Part shown: one piece after another, positions 49,885-64,000 of the stretch
Layout of the letters: the number at the start of each line of letters is the position of its first letter
How positions within the stretch are numbered: the stretch's first letter is position 1
Source of the DNA: Anthoceros angustus
Taxonomy: Eukaryota > Plantae > Anthocerotophyta
Direction of reading: 5' to 3'
DNA: 64,000 nt
Assembly (NCBI GenBank): GCA_010909165.1
Contig: MU008218.1
Span: 124,001-188,000, forward strand
Translations under genes and position numbers: made by a program
The notes under the pieces: model-generated
What the model saw: the letters and a program-made list of their open reading frames with translations, nothing else
Told to the model about the DNA's origin: nothing
Databases searched by the model: none

Positions 49885-52800
49885 GGTAGGTTTCAAAGCC
49901 ACAGCGCTTTCCCTGTGTCACTAATTTGACCTCCGTACGTTCGCCTTCGCCCAAGGAGCTATGGAGAGTGAAATTGAAGGCCCAGCCTATTGCAAATTCG
50001 TTGATGCAGCATGAAATCAAGGTAGAATATGGGTACGATCATGAGCACACCATGATGGTGCTGCAAAAGCTTTATGCGAGCTAAGCTGAAGGTCACAACT
50101 AACCTGAGGTCTAATATATAGAGCATGTCACGCCACTCGTTGATGGTGAGGAGTATATAGCCCAGCCAGCAATCCGTCTTCACTCCCCTGCAATGTATGG
50201 CTGCAGCCTCCAAAAATGGGCTGAGGTGGAGGAGACAGCCTGCCGAGGTGGAGACCAAACATTTTTTTTGGGGGGGCAGAATGGAGAGCCACAACGAGTG
50301 AAGAGCGGCTGGTGAAGAATGGAGAGCCAATAATATAGGTGAAAATGGAGAGCCAACATGAGTGAACCTATCAGCTTATACTTCACTCGACGTAATATAT
50401 TCTCTAATATTCTCGTACTCTTTATGTTCGCCTATTAAAAGACAAGTTAAATAAGGATTTGAAGTACAATATATGGTGCATATAAAATAAAGAGTTAACG
50501 CATGGGTACCTTTCATTGAAAATTGAGGATTAAGTTAGTGAAGTATTAGTTAGCTAATTTGATCATCAATAAAAAAAACTGATTAACATAGTGATAATAA
50601 ATCTTCATATGAACTTCAATAAAAATAAAAATTAATTGAACCATCGATGACATACATGGTTGTCGAGAAAAATATAAAAGCTTGTTCTATATATGTAACG
50701 CTATACCTTCGTTAATCATCACAAATTTTTGATGTCAATATGGATGCCATAATTGCTAGAAAAGTTATAGATGATATTATGCCCCCGCAGAAAAAATAAA
50801 TTATTATTTCAGAGATGCACTATTTGTACATGAAACTTTCTATGAACCACAAAACAAAGAATACGAAGGTATATTAACATTCTTCACCTTTTTATAATAT
50901 TTTATTTTATTTCTTTGTTTTTCTTCCTTACGTAAGGCTATGATTGATTGCGACTTAAGCGATATGAGTTTATAGGGATTTTGTGTTAAGTTTCTTGATC
51001 TCAACATTCTTCTACGAAAATTATCCGGACGTACATTCGCACGTTAATCGATATGCGGGCAGCGTGAATAACGGCCACTTGGCTACTATTTGTGTGAAAC
51101 AAGGTATTGTTAGATACTTTGTATACATGTTTGAATCTATTGTATAAAACAAGCATGTTAGATACTATGTATGCATGTTTGAATCTTTGTATGAAACAAG
51201 GTATTGTTAGATACCATGTATACATACTTGAATCTATTGAATGAAATACGGTACTTTTAGATACTTTGTATACATGCTTCATCTATTGCTTCATGCCTTC
51301 ATGTTTGCTATTATGACAATGTGTAAAGGATCCTCACTTCGCTACTTTGTATGTTTAAAGGTATTGAATGCTTTCGTCATAGATTTTCGGATTATGATAA
51401 TGATCGTGGAGGAACTTATTATTCCAGCTGAAGAAGATCATATACCATGGGGCACAATGAAACGATGACATGTAAGTATTTTGTTATTGGTATAGTATTT
51501 CAACTTGTATCATTAGGACATATCCATATGTTCAATACGTTCTTTAGAGTGTTAACACGAGTTTTCTATACATATTGAGCCTCGTGTGTTTGGATTTGAT
51601 ATTTTGTTTAATACTAATATCGTATTACTACACGATTTTTGCCAACTATTATGAAAGTATTCTTGAGTTATATATGTTGATAGTAACTATAACATTCGAG
51701 GTGAAAAGAATTATCAAACCACTTTATTCACGAATAAAGAAGTTTACTCCATGGAACTTGCCACAAAATCCTGTACGCTACAAGAGATATGCAGAAGGTC
51801 TCCAATGGGAGGTAGAGTGGAAAGTTTTAGAAGATGGAACCACAAAGGCTAAAGGAATAGTAGCGATAATAGAAGACAAGCCTCGACATATTGTGATGCA
51901 CGGCGAATCGAACCCGCACGTCGGTAAGAAAGCGAAGGATAAATCTAGCGAGCGTATGCTACCACAACTAAGGTACTTTTATTGTACTTATTTTGAATGT
52001 ACTAGATGTTTACTTATTGACCTTTCAAATATGTGCTAATTATTACGAGATAAGTGTTATGATGCGAGCTTACCCGATTTTAGAAGAAAACTTCTAGCGC
52101 ATAATGTAAATTTTTTAATCGTTTCATTTATTTAAATTATACTAAATTTTTCTCTTATCTTCATACATATAAAACAAATTTCTTTTATGGATTAATGGGC
52201 TGCTTGAGCTAATTTTTCAATCTAACTTTTGCTACTATGCAATGAAAGAAGCAAGTGCAAATTGAAGCCCCTTACAATCCAATCACATGGACGAAGATGT
52301 ATGAGATCGGAGGCATTGAACTATCAATTTCATCATAAGTTCATTGTACGGGATATTTATGCGCCTTCAAGTGACCAACAAATTCAGTGGATAACTTTCA
52401 AACTAATTTTATTTATTCCTATTATAAATATAGTATTACCTCTAAAGGTTAACTTTTCTTAGATTTATGTTTTGGTTTATGAGGCACATTGATGTTTTAG
52501 ACAATGCACTATGTTTTAATGATCATAATATTATTATTCATAAAATGTTAACAAATCTAATCTTAATGGTTGTAGTACATGGAGCGCCTAGCATTTTTGG
52601 GTGATGTGCTTGGCTTCCTAGTATCCAAGCACCGATTCAAGTATATCCAAACGAAGATTACGGAAAGTTAATCGACTTGAGAGCAACAGCAGAAACAATG
52701 GGCACTTGGCAAATGTATTTATGGACAAGGGCATAGCTCAATGTTTTACCATGTAATAGAGCGACAATGATATTGTCAAAGATCTCAATGCGAAAAGGAC

Positions 52801-54651
52801 AACAAGCATTACATGGGGTAGTCCAAGAAGGCATCGTCAACATACTTCATCATATTTGTTTCAAACTTTAATTTTATTGTTTTGAGCTAGATAATATTGA
52901 AACAAGACATGTTTCTTGGTTCAGTTTTTGCAGATTACTTGGAAACTATCATTGGCGTAATATTTTGGGATATGCGCTTGATGAGGAGAAAGTGCGATGA
53001 TTTTACGTCAACTTATTGATAGTATCACAAGTTCCAGAGTGGAAGACCTGCCGATAAACCCAAATTGGCCTTGTCCGGAGGCATGTCAAGAAAAAGGAAT
53101 AAACTTTGTTACAACATATGAAAATCTAGATGGTACTCACTTGAAGATGGCTGTGAGTTTTAATCGATCCAAGGAGGCCACAAGATCCCTTGTTGACGAT
53201 GACATCGATCCTTCATCAAGTCAAAAGACAAAGACGATAAATTTAGCGGAGAAGATAAACCATATTTTGGAGGTACCCTCTCGTGAATCTCTTGGATAGT
53301 TTTAGATGTTTGTCAACTCGACATGAAATACTAATCCCTTGTTTTGTAATGTGTTAGGGCTTACCAACTTGCAAAACAAGAGAATTCAAGAATGCATCGT
53401 AATGTTCACACTTCCCTCTTTCTTTTCTTGACTTTGACATTTGTTTGTGGATAAATTTCAATATTCAAGTCAATCTAATTGAACTCCTCACAGTGACATG
53501 CAACGTCAAGAGTTGATAAGTGCGCTCGACGATTTGGAAAAATTGAGGTATTGTGTTTTCGCATGAAATATGGAAAACCTAAAATTAAACTCTTCGAGAA
53601 GAAGGTCCTCCAAATTGCAAAAAGTAAGATTTGAAGTTATTTGAAAAATAATGTTTATTTATTAACTATGTTTTTGTACTAAACAATTTTAATTTTAACC
53701 ATGCAGATTACTTATATGGTGAATATTGATGTACCTCAATTTGGTACAATGGAGTGCCTGGCGACCCAAAGCCTAAAATGTTATTAGCTCAAAGACTCCG
53801 CCATTATACAAATGCTCACAAAGTTGGAAGTATCCTCGAATGATCCGAAAAGGCCAAAAGTAACCCTTGTACAAATTTGAATTTTGTACAAGTTTGCCGA
53901 AAGTTATGATTGGAGATTTCGTTTGAGACTTCATTTTTAAGGAGGATTTAGTCTTTAGAATACATTTGATATGGTAAAACGATAAAACTTCTAAAGTTAC
54001 TCATAATCTAAATCTTGCGTGGATTTTCTTTGAGATGAACATGATGTCCATAAATAGACCTTACCGTTATCGTTTGGTTATCAACCTACACTCCGCATTC
54101 ATATATATGAGCAGGGACATTTTTCCCAAAGAATTCCTCTGCACACAAGGCCTCGGATTCACTGTGGGTTAGCATTTCTGCTTCAATGTCACAAACCGAG
54201 GAATTGCAAAACAATTTGCAAATCCGCTCTCGTCTTCCTACAAGCTGAATCGGCAAGCCGATTCCACCGGTGTGACTGAATTCTAGGCAACCCAACCAAA
54301 TAGTAAGCGAGTCCGAACGAGGTGGATGCGTCGCTCGATTTTCTAACTCTTTGTGTTATGATGAGAGGTGAGATTGATGTTAGCCAACCGTGTCCTCGGT
54401 TTGGACAGGTGGAGTTAGGCAAGCACGTTCACCGCAGTTGAGCGGGTCGCTACTGTTATTTTCACGACTAGGCGTACAACGCAACAACCAATAGCAAATC
54501 GATGCACACGGTACCCATCCGTCACAACAATGTCTCTCCATTCAAGCCTTGACATGATCTCTATGGAACTGCGGCAATCATTGCACATGCATAGATTCTT
54601 GGTTACCGCCAGAGCTATCCTACTGGGAGTGTTCAAGAGGCCAAAAGCTAG
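49885..54651. repeat. 4.7 kb block X, copy 2 (ends in a truncated DYW fragment at 54470-54651)
   Basis: Colinear with 41963-46661. It breaks at CCAAAAGCTAG just before the HAEK codons and joins the urease duplicate. Confidence 0.85.
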
Positions 54652-54655
54652 TTGT

Positions 54656-57090
54656 CATGATTGTTGGTGTAAGTTGTGATCCTCAACGTCTTTTTTTCAG
54701 TTTTAAGTTTGAGTGGTCACTGGGTCTGGAGTAAATATGGTGGCTACGTTTTGACATTGTACTTTTGCCTCATGAAGGTTAACACTGAAGTGATAGCAGC
54801 AGAAGGATCAATTCTTACTGCTGGAGGTATCGATACTCATGTGCACTTCATATGCCCACAGCTTGCGGACGCAGCAATCTCCGCAGGTGAGGTTAGAAGA
54901 AACTCAGATGTGTTCTCCAGACTGTGGCTTTCCTCAAACTCACTCCCGCAGTGGAGTCTACGGCAGGAGGCCGTTGAATACAGTGGATTTGGGTTGATGT
55001 CTTTAAGAAACAATATCTGTACCCTTCAACGGTTTAATTCTGCATTTGTGCAGGCTTAACAACATTGCTTGGTGGAGGAACAGGGCCAGCTCATGGAACA
55101 GCTGCAACGACTTGCACACCTGCTCCAGAACAAATGCGTTTAATGCTTCGCGCAACAGATGACATCCCCTGAACTTTGGGTTTACAGGAAAGGTGGATGA
55201 ATGGCTGGAAGTATAGTCGTGTTTTTGGTGTGTAGACTCGTTTCTTTGAAACACTGACAGCAATGACATTTCAGGGTAACTCTGCAAAACCAGACGGTCT
55301 TGCTGATATTATCAGAGCTGGTGCCGTTGGTCTCAAGCTGCATGAAGATTGGGGCACAACACCAGCTGCTATCCAGAATTGTTTGTCAGTTGCAGATGAA
55401 TTCGACGTGCAGGTAGGTTATGACCTCTTGGGGCACGATATTTTCATTCGTGATCCTTACGGGCTACTCTTGTTGACTTCGTTATGATCTCTGTGTACTG
55501 ATATTGAAGGTAACTATCCATACCGACACTCTTAATGAGTCGGGATGCGTGGAGCAGTCAGTCGCAGCTTTTGGAGGTCGAACCATTCACACGTACCACA
55601 GGTGAGTCTCTGATCGATTTCGTGTGGGAAAGGTGTTGGAGCTTGAAGTGCTACACCTGCTTCTGAGTTGGGCGAGCACATATGCTTTGAAAGCTGACGA
55701 TGTGATTGTGCTTGCATCAGTGAGGGAGCGGGTGGAGGACATGCACCAGACATCATGATGGTTTGCGGTTTGCCGAATGTTCTTCCATCCTCAACCAATC
55801 CAACCAGGCCGTACACAGTCAATACCATTGATGAACATATCGACATGCTTGTAAGTATGTTTGATGTGCATACTATGTTTCGCCGACCTGGTCCTGTGGT
55901 TTATCGTTCTTGACTTTGGAGACAAGCAGAGAATGTCATTCCGGTTCATGGACGTCTGCGGTTTGTGTATGTGCAGATGGTCTGTCATCACCTCAACAAG
56001 AGCATAGCAGAAGACGTTGCTTTCGCAGAGTCCAGGATCCGTGGTGAGACCATAGCTGCAGAGGATATCCTTCATGACATGGGCGCCATCAGCATGATGT
56101 CATCTGATTCTCAAGCCATGGGTCGCATAGAGAGGTTGCACAGGATCACTAAACCGTGTGTACAGCTAGCTTGAGGAAAACTCGTTATGTGGAGGTGTGC
56201 TCATCAGTTTGACATTGTTTCAGGTTATAACGCGCACGTGGCAGACAGCTCATAAAATGAAGCAGCAACGGGGACAGCTGCCCGACGCATCAGCTGATGA
56301 CAATGATAATCTAAGGATCAAGCGTTACATAGCAAAATATACTATTAATCCTGCTATTGCCCATGGTTTTCCAGGCTTGTTGGATCTGTTGAGGTGTGTA
56401 CCACTTGTTGAGCTTGATTTAGGATATGTCTCTGGATGTCTCATAAATAGGAATGAACATCTGTGTCCTGAGTGCAGGTCGGGAAGCTTGCTGATTTAGT
56501 CTTATGGAAACCTGCCTTTTCGGACTAAACCGGAAATGGTTATAAAGGAGGAGTTATTGCCTGGGCTCAAATGGGTGATGCCAATGCAAGCATTCCAACT
56601 CGGAACCTGTATGTGTCATTGTGCTTCAGCCTGTTGAAAATTACGTGTCTTGATTCTCGTCTCGGCTGTACTGCAAGCGCTGATCATTTTGTTGTTGAGA
56701 GATATTGCAACAGGTTTTGATGAGGCCGATGTTTGGAGCTTTGGGGAAGGCTGGGAGCTCACATTCAATCGCTTTTGTTAGCAAGGTATGGCTTTAGTCT
56801 TGAACATTTGGGTCTGGCTGCAGTCTATTTAGCGTAGGAATGCTGAAGAGAATCTTGGGCATTCTCCAGGCTGCCAAGTTGGCTGACGTTAAAGCGGAAT
56901 ATGGACTTCAGAAGCGTGTGGAGGAAATACAGAATGTTAGAAATCTAACCAAAAGGGACATGAAACTGAATGACTTAACGCCCGACATTGTCATCGACCA
57001 TGAACATTACACTGTATCCGCCGATGGAGTGATGCTTACTTGCCAGCCTGCTGCCACCTGCCACTGACACAAAACTATTTCCTGTTCTAG
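54656..57090 (+). pseudogene. URE: 5'-truncated duplicate of urease (exon 8 end to stop)
   Basis: Near-identical to 29387-31822 (offset ~25.3 kb). Lacks the promoter and the gamma/beta exons. Confidence 0.85.
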
Positions 57091-57197
57091 TTTAATTCTT
57101 CTGTTGCGATGAGGACTGATCCTGACGATTGTGCAGCTCTGGACAAAACGCCTGGTCCAGGGGCCAAGAACCAGTCACTGAGGTACCTGATCCTTTA

Positions 57198-57916
57198 ATG
57201 GGTACCTCGGCTCGAGCAAGCCATGAAAGTGATGTCAAACATCTTCCATTGGAGTGGAGTGTGTGGCAGCTGCTTGATTCCCTACTGCCAACAGGTGGAT
57301 TTGCTCATTCCTACGGTCTGGAGGTTGCTGCGCAAACTCATCTGGTAGCGGATGCTACCTCACTTGAAGACTTTATCACATCATCTCTGGAGGGAGTAGG
57401 TGCTCTGATGCTGCCGTTTATTTATTGTGCTCACAAGCAGCCAAGGACAGACTCTTGATTCAGTTAGACCAACTGTTTCATGCAACGCTGACGAACCAAG
57501 TTGGAAGAAAGGCATCGTTGGCTCAAGGAGCTGCCCTTCTGCGAGTGGCTGCCACGGTGTTTGTAGATATTGCAGAGTTGCCGACCATGCGTGCTACTGC
57601 CAGGAAGCCCGGCACAGTGCATGTCCATTACGCACCCATGTATGGAGTTTTATGTGGCCTTCTTGGATGGGATTCCATGACTGCCCAACGATCTTTCCTG
57701 TTCTTAACACTTAGGATATTCTGTCAGCTGGGACGCGGTTGAATGTGGTAGGTCCTTTGAAGCAGCGTTCCTGCAGCACCGGCTTTCTAAAGTTGCAGAA
57801 GCTGTCCTGAAGAAGTATGCAAATCGGCCAGCTGAAGATGCACATCAAACATCGCCTCTACTGGATACAGTTCAAGGCTGTCATTCTCATCTATTTTCAC
57901 GGCTCTTTGCTCTTAG
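57198..57916 (+). CDS. UREF: Second UreF copy
   Basis: Near-identical to 31930-32648, with the same 107 nt spacer after the urease stop. Confidence 0.75.
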
Positions 57917-59366
57917 GTGACGGTTCTAGGGGTTTGAGAGGAGAGTTTGTGCAAACTGGGTTGTTTCTACCTTTGGTTCCTGTGCGTCAACTTCTGCCAG
58001 GACTGTGACAGGAAGCTGCGGCTTTGCCTGCCTGCGCGAGATATTCAGGTGGTGCGGTGACAGACTGCCGGAGTAGCTACAGGATATTTTGCGTTTGTGT
58101 CAGGTTTCAATTGGTTTTCTCTCTCTCGACGCTTGCATGCTGTATCCGCTTGTGTCTCTTATGGCGTCCACAATGCCATTGTACCCGTTTTCGGTCGATC
58201 TAAAACTTCGCGGCCATACCGGGATACCAAAGAATCCTCTTGTCTCAAGAAATGAAAGGTGTTTGAAATGCAATTCGTTGGATGTTGGTGCTTTTTCACG
58301 TTCCGTTGCCTCCTTCCCTGTGTAGGTAAGAATGCACCACAGATCGGGTTCTTTGGTCTCATTTTTGTTTGTGTGGATTGCGACCCAGTTCAGCACCACT
58401 CTCAGCTGAACAGATCTGTCGAACTGTGACGAACATACTTGAAATCTGGTGAAGGGACCTGCCTTTCATAAGCACTGAGGCTCTCACGAAGCTTAATTCC
58501 CAACCGGAGATGATTTGGACTTGTTTTCACCTTCCTTGGCGTTGTGTATGCTGCAACCATAAATTCTCAGCAATATGCAGTTTTCAATGCGCCAGCCAAC
58601 CACAACGTAGTGGACTGGGTGGATGAGCGTGTGGCATCGGCCTCGCGACGTCTGACATTTTTGTTGAGTGGTTCCACCACATTCGAAAGATGCAGCCTGG
58701 GTGACATTTTCACGGAAGCACTTGTTGGTTCTCAATGGTATTCCGCAGCAAAAGTGTTGTAGCAAAATTGCAAATCCGTGAAGAGGCAAATCCCAGCCAG
58801 GCCATAGGGTTAGATTAGCGTGTCATGTTGGCACACACAAGCAATGTATGGCGACGGTTGGATGGATAGTTATCATGTAGGACAAAGAAGAAACCTTGAG
58901 CTTTGAAAAGGTATGCCAACCTTCTACAAAAATTAGTGCAATATCATCACCCTAGTGCTCATCCACCGAGGCTCAACGGACATTTGTGGTTCCATTCAGT
59001 TTTGTCCAAAGGGGTTCAGCCCGTGGACTGCCTCCCGAATAAAGAAATCGGATCGTTGAACCAAACTCAACCACATACTTTTCATTCTATGATTCAAGCA
59101 GTGGATGCGGTTGGATGTGGTTGTCTCTGGGTGTAATAACCGTTGGCTGCGGCTTGAAATATAATTCGTTGAATTTTGGTGCTTTATCATATTCTTTTCC
59201 TGTAGGCCAAGAATTCACCACAAATAGGCTTCTTTGATCTCATTTTCGCTTGTGTGGATGGCGACCTAGCTCACTCCATTCTCGATTGAACATATCTGTA
59301 GGTGTAATAACCTTTGGTTGCGGCTTGAGATATAATTCGCTGAATTTTTGCTTTATCGTATTCTTT

Positions 59367-62300
59367 TGTGAATAAAAGCTGTAATCACAATAATGAGAAT
59401 TAAAATATTATGAATATACATGAGGGCTTATATAGCAAAACTGTCTAAGGTTGTGTCGCTCAAGTTAACCTAATTATTTATTAGATAACTAATATCTAAT
59501 AGGCTTCGTTTATAAGGAGAACCGTAGAGATTCTCCTTCCAACACGCCCGTAACGGAACGCACGCTTGTTAGTGGAGTGTGGCGGCGTAACGATGCCAAG
59601 CTCCATAGCTCAATGCCTCGCACTCGCTCCTTCGTGATTGCCACTTATCTCTTGTACCAAAGACCGCGCGATGAGCAAAGAAAGAGCGACGTGGGAGGAT
59701 GCGGAGGCGAGAGACGATGCGGTCGTCACCCGGATACAAGCGTTACCGAACAGCGATGGCAAATTGCTGGCTGGGAGTGGCAGCTGCAACTCTGGCTGAC
59801 TGTGAAGAAGCTTGACGCCATCCCAGCACTGCATCCTGAAGAGGAGTTACGCGCGCAATTCAAGTGTGCCGCTGCAAGCCCACTGCCTCAAGACAGCTAA
59901 GTACTCTAGTAGCTGCAGTATGCGATTGGGTTTGAGCTTGTTGCTTCATCCACCATAATCTGCAATGGTCAAAAGTCCATAGAGATTGGAGTCCGTGAGG
60001 CGGGCATCGCCCTGCTCCATGTGTTGATAATGCTTGCTAGCGGTGACACTTCATCGTAATGTCGGCGTGTTTAGTGCATCGACACATGCCGGATTCTCAC
60101 ATGCGGCTCCGCAGTGTCGGATAAAGTGATGATGCACTTCGATGTGCTTTGTACGCGCATGAAACCGAGGGTTTGCGGCACGCAATGGTAGACATGTTGT
60201 CACAAGAATAGGAGTAGGGTCATGTGATGAATACCAAGGCCCGAACTGCGTTCCCAGACAGCCTCTTTAGCGCTCCTACGCTTTGTATTCACCGGTGGAG
60301 GACAAAGCCCAAGATTGCTTCTTCGAGCTCCAGGTGACAGTGGAATTCAAAGTGAAGCAATATGCCGAGATGCTTCGTCGGCATCGGGTCGTGGCCTAGT
60401 CGGCATCGTAGTAACCACACAAGGTAGGTGCTTGCCTCGCCCCAGGCAGGCCATATTGCTGAGTGCCTTTTAGGTATCGGAGGACCCTCTTAACCGCACT
60501 CCGATGCGGGGCCGATTGTCGGCGGGAGGCGAGCTCACACTCGAATATGCGGCCTTGTCCGGCCTTGTCCAAGAATCGATGTAATTGAGGCAGCCCACGG
60601 CATGGCGATAGGAACTGAGCCATGGCACAGCGCTCCTCATCTGTCTGTGGACACGATCATGAGACAACCCGAGGCCGGCAACACGGGGGTGGACATAGGT
60701 TTGGCGTGTCCGATGAAAACGGTCACGGAGTTTCGATATATTTAGCTTGATGAAGCATAAGGGAGCCAGCTTCCAGATCACGAACAAGTTGGACACCGAG
60801 GACAAAGGTAAGAGCTCCAATGTCTTTCATGTCAAATTTTTGGCGAAGCATGTCTTTAACCGAGGATAACAAGCCTTGGTCGTTGGATGCGAGGATGGCA
60901 TCACGACATACAAAGCAAGAATCACAAGGGAACCATCCTTGCTTTGTAAAATACACGTTTGCATCACTGTGGTTTTGAATGAAACCAATAGAGCGAAGGT
61001 ACTTGTCAATTGTTTTGTACCATTCTCGTGCATTGCTTTAACCCGTAGATAGTCTTCTTCGGATGGCGGACCCAATCCGGGTGCTTAGGGTCTATAAAAC
61101 CCTCGGTTGGGACATATATATGTCCTCCTCCAACTCACCGTATAAAAATGCCGGGGCGTCCATCTGTGGAGGTCCCAAGCATTTCTTTGCAGTGAGCAAG
61201 AATCATACGGATAGGCGGGTCTTCTAGCAGGGGTGAAAGTCTCGAAAGTCTATCCACAGGATGGGTGAAACCCACGGCCACGAGCCTCGATTTGTAGCGA
61301 GCAATCTCACCACGAGCATTCAACTTGTGCTTGAAGACCCACTTGCGGTGACAACTTTTCGACCTTTAGGTAAGGGGCACGACTCCCATGTATCGTTTTA
61401 ATCAAGGAGTCGTGTTAGTCCTTGATAGATGGTATCCAATGTGCCTTGTCACTCCGGTGGTTGCCTCTCTAAGGTGAGGTTCGAGCTTGAGAAAAAAGCG
61501 GAGTGCTCACGGGGACTTGGATTGTGGCATGGATACTCCAGCTCTAGGTCGTCGAAAATCAATAGAAGCATATGGAGGTTAGTCGCTGCGAGGAGGATTC
61601 CTCGTCGTTGAGGATACCGCGTTCTTGGTGACGGCCACGGGGACTTGATCAGTCATCCTCAGCGGAAGCAGAATCGGGTAAATTTTCATTCAAACCAGAT
61701 TACGTAGAGTGAGCAGACATCTTCCACAGCCTAACTCATCAACCTCGTCCTCTGCTGATCGTTCCGGAAATCGTGTATATCCGGAGCTGGTCCTCATGAG
61801 CCAAGTCGGCGGGAGTGCTTCATGGGTAACTAAATCGAGCATGATCATCCGGTGCAGCAAGGTCATTAGCCCGTGGATGTGCGGGACCTCTCGTGGTTTG
61901 GCTTGTTGCGGGGGCATCAATAAAAACAACACCGGTGAATCATCTTGTGGGAATTCGGATGAAGCTTCCATATCATCAAGTCTACATGAGTAACACGTTA
62001 TTTATCGGACGTGATCAAAGTATGGCTTGGCGGGACATGCGAGCTCCTTGAAAGTCACACTTCTTGCAAAACCGCGGTCAAGGTAAGTGGATCAATCACT
62101 TATAAGCTTTACTTCTTCTCCATATCCCACGAAGACAAGTGGTGCTCGGTCTTCTAATTTCAGCCGCCGCTCTTCATGGATGTAGGCATATCTTTGAGCC
62201 GAATACCCTCGGATGGGAGACTAGGCTTCCTACGCCATATCACCTCAAATGGGGTCCGCCATCCACAAGACTAGTCGAGCCTGCTTAAGAGATAAGTCGG

Positions 62301-64000
62301 CGTGACCCGCCTCACCCAAGTATGCCTTGCTTAAGCCCGCCCATTCTAACATCTGCGTGTCATGCCCAGGAGTAGTTGATTCGCTCAACACCGTTACCTG
62401 CTGAGTATAAGGGACAATCAGTACACCTCTTTCCAACAAGAATCGGTTGAAGTGGGCGTGAGTGAATTCGCCCAGATTGTCATCTGACGAATTTGTTGTA
62501 ACAAACACCACGTTTGTCTCTCCGCCATCACCAACCATTCCTTAAATACTTGAAGGTATCGGACTTCAACCTAAGTGGGTAAGTCCAGAATAGCGACTAA
62601 AGTCGTGGGTGATGGTAAGGTAGTATAGGGCGCCGCCTAGAGAGGAATATGTATCTTGCAGATATGCTGCATGTACTAACTCTAATACTTGTGATGCTCG
62701 ATGAGCCAGATCGAGGAAAAGGAAGTTCCTTTGTGGCTGATTACGAGCATCACAAAGAGGTAAGTCTTTAAAACATTTCGCAAGGGCTCTCTATAGCATT
62801 GTGAGACATCTTTATGACTTATCTTTATTAGCATGACCTAATCGGCATGCCATAAACTAGCTTAAGACTGTGATAGATAAGTAGCATGCCTGACTGGAGG
62901 GATGCATGTGAGATCAAGCTGGTACAAGTCATGAAAGAGATGTCCTTTAGCTACGACTGTCCTTCCCCTCGCTTCTTAAGTGCACAACTATGAGAAGTGA
63001 AAAGAGGTCGTACTCTGGAGGACAATAATTGACCCGAAAGTAGATGCTTGGCCATAAGAGGTACATGCAGGGCGTTGTCAAGATGGAGGATGGACCCATC
63101 GTTCAACCGAAAGCGACATGTACCGCACCCGACAATATCGCAGAGATCTTGGTAAGTTCCCCAATAACTTTATCCGATGTACGAGAGGGTCTCAGAGTGA
63201 ATGAGCGCACTCCTATCATTGCGGATGTGAGAGGTTGCTCAATCTAAATACCAATCGGCGGGAAGGAGGATTTGCGAAGACGTGCAAAACAGCGATCATG
63301 AATGGAGGTTTGTTGGAAGTTGAGAAGTCTTGGCGGCGTGGGCCTCGACTGCTTTGGCTTCTCGACCGAGCACTTGACTTTCTTCTTCCGAGTCTCTCTC
63401 AGGCCTTATGCCACACATTACCTGTAACCAGCCCTTGGAGGAAGGACCGGAAGGTGAGTCACCGGTCGATCGACCCTTCCGTCCTTTCTCAAACTTGTTT
63501 CCTTTGGTATAAAGAACCTCGTCGGTTTTGTTTTCCACCATGTGGTGTGGAATAAAGCCCACTTTGTTCCTCTTGCGGAGAGCACCAATTACGCCGACAA
63601 GATCGATTAGAGGTGCCGTGCTGACCTTATGCCTTGTGAATGGAAGATCCATAGCCGGGCAGATATGCGTAGCCGGGTGGTAGCAGTGAGGAGTTGGGCA
63701 ACGGCGTCAACTCGAGCGAGATCCTAAGTTCAGAGCTGGGCCCTTAAGCGCCGAAACTTCACGACGAAAGGTCCCACCTTCTCGCCTTCTTTAAGTCTCA
63801 TTAGCTTGAGTTCTCCACGGATTGCACATGCGTAAGTATGTTCTTTGCCTCGTCGTTTGCGATAGTTGTGTCCGGTTCGTTGGAGTCTTCCGGGTAAGCC
63901 ACATCGAGGGAGTACCTCATCAAGACCACTAATCAAGACCGTGACGAGCCACATGATTCAGTTATCCCACTTCGATTTCATCCACCGGAGCGATGAATCT
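59367..64000 (-). mobile_element. Second copy of the copia element, truncated by the window end
   Basis: 3' LTR at 59367-59544 at the same insertion point. RT, integrase and gag pieces are colinear with 34272-39900 but lack its internal duplications. Confidence 0.88.

Overview
This is eukaryotic nuclear DNA from a compact, intron-containing, seedless land plant. A hornwort-like source is inferred from the short introns, tight gene spacing and a DYW:KP-type PPR editing factor. The left half (1-32.6 kb) is gene-dense: inositol transporter, organellar ribosomal protein uL15, intronless prolyl 4-hydroxylase, MSH2, ALG8, APO protein, SCAMP, an 18-exon urease, and UreF only 107 nt downstream of the urease stop. 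These genes are interrupted by CRE-like non-LTR retrotransposon fragments, Harbinger-like remnants and local tandem duplications. The right half is repeat-rich. It holds a full Ty1/copia element, a twice-present 4.7 kb AT-rich block, a degraded PPR-DYW:KP gene, a frameshifted N4C/N6A-type DNA methyltransferase-like remnant next to a Helitron-like 3' end, and a second copy of (3' urease + UreF + copia). The consensus shows many homopolymer under-calls typical of long-read data, so frameshifts cannot be read as real pseudogenisation. The best leads are the operon-like urease-UreF pair, with a uORF whose stop overlaps the UreF ATG (TAATG), and the transposon-associated amino-methyltransferase-like sequence.
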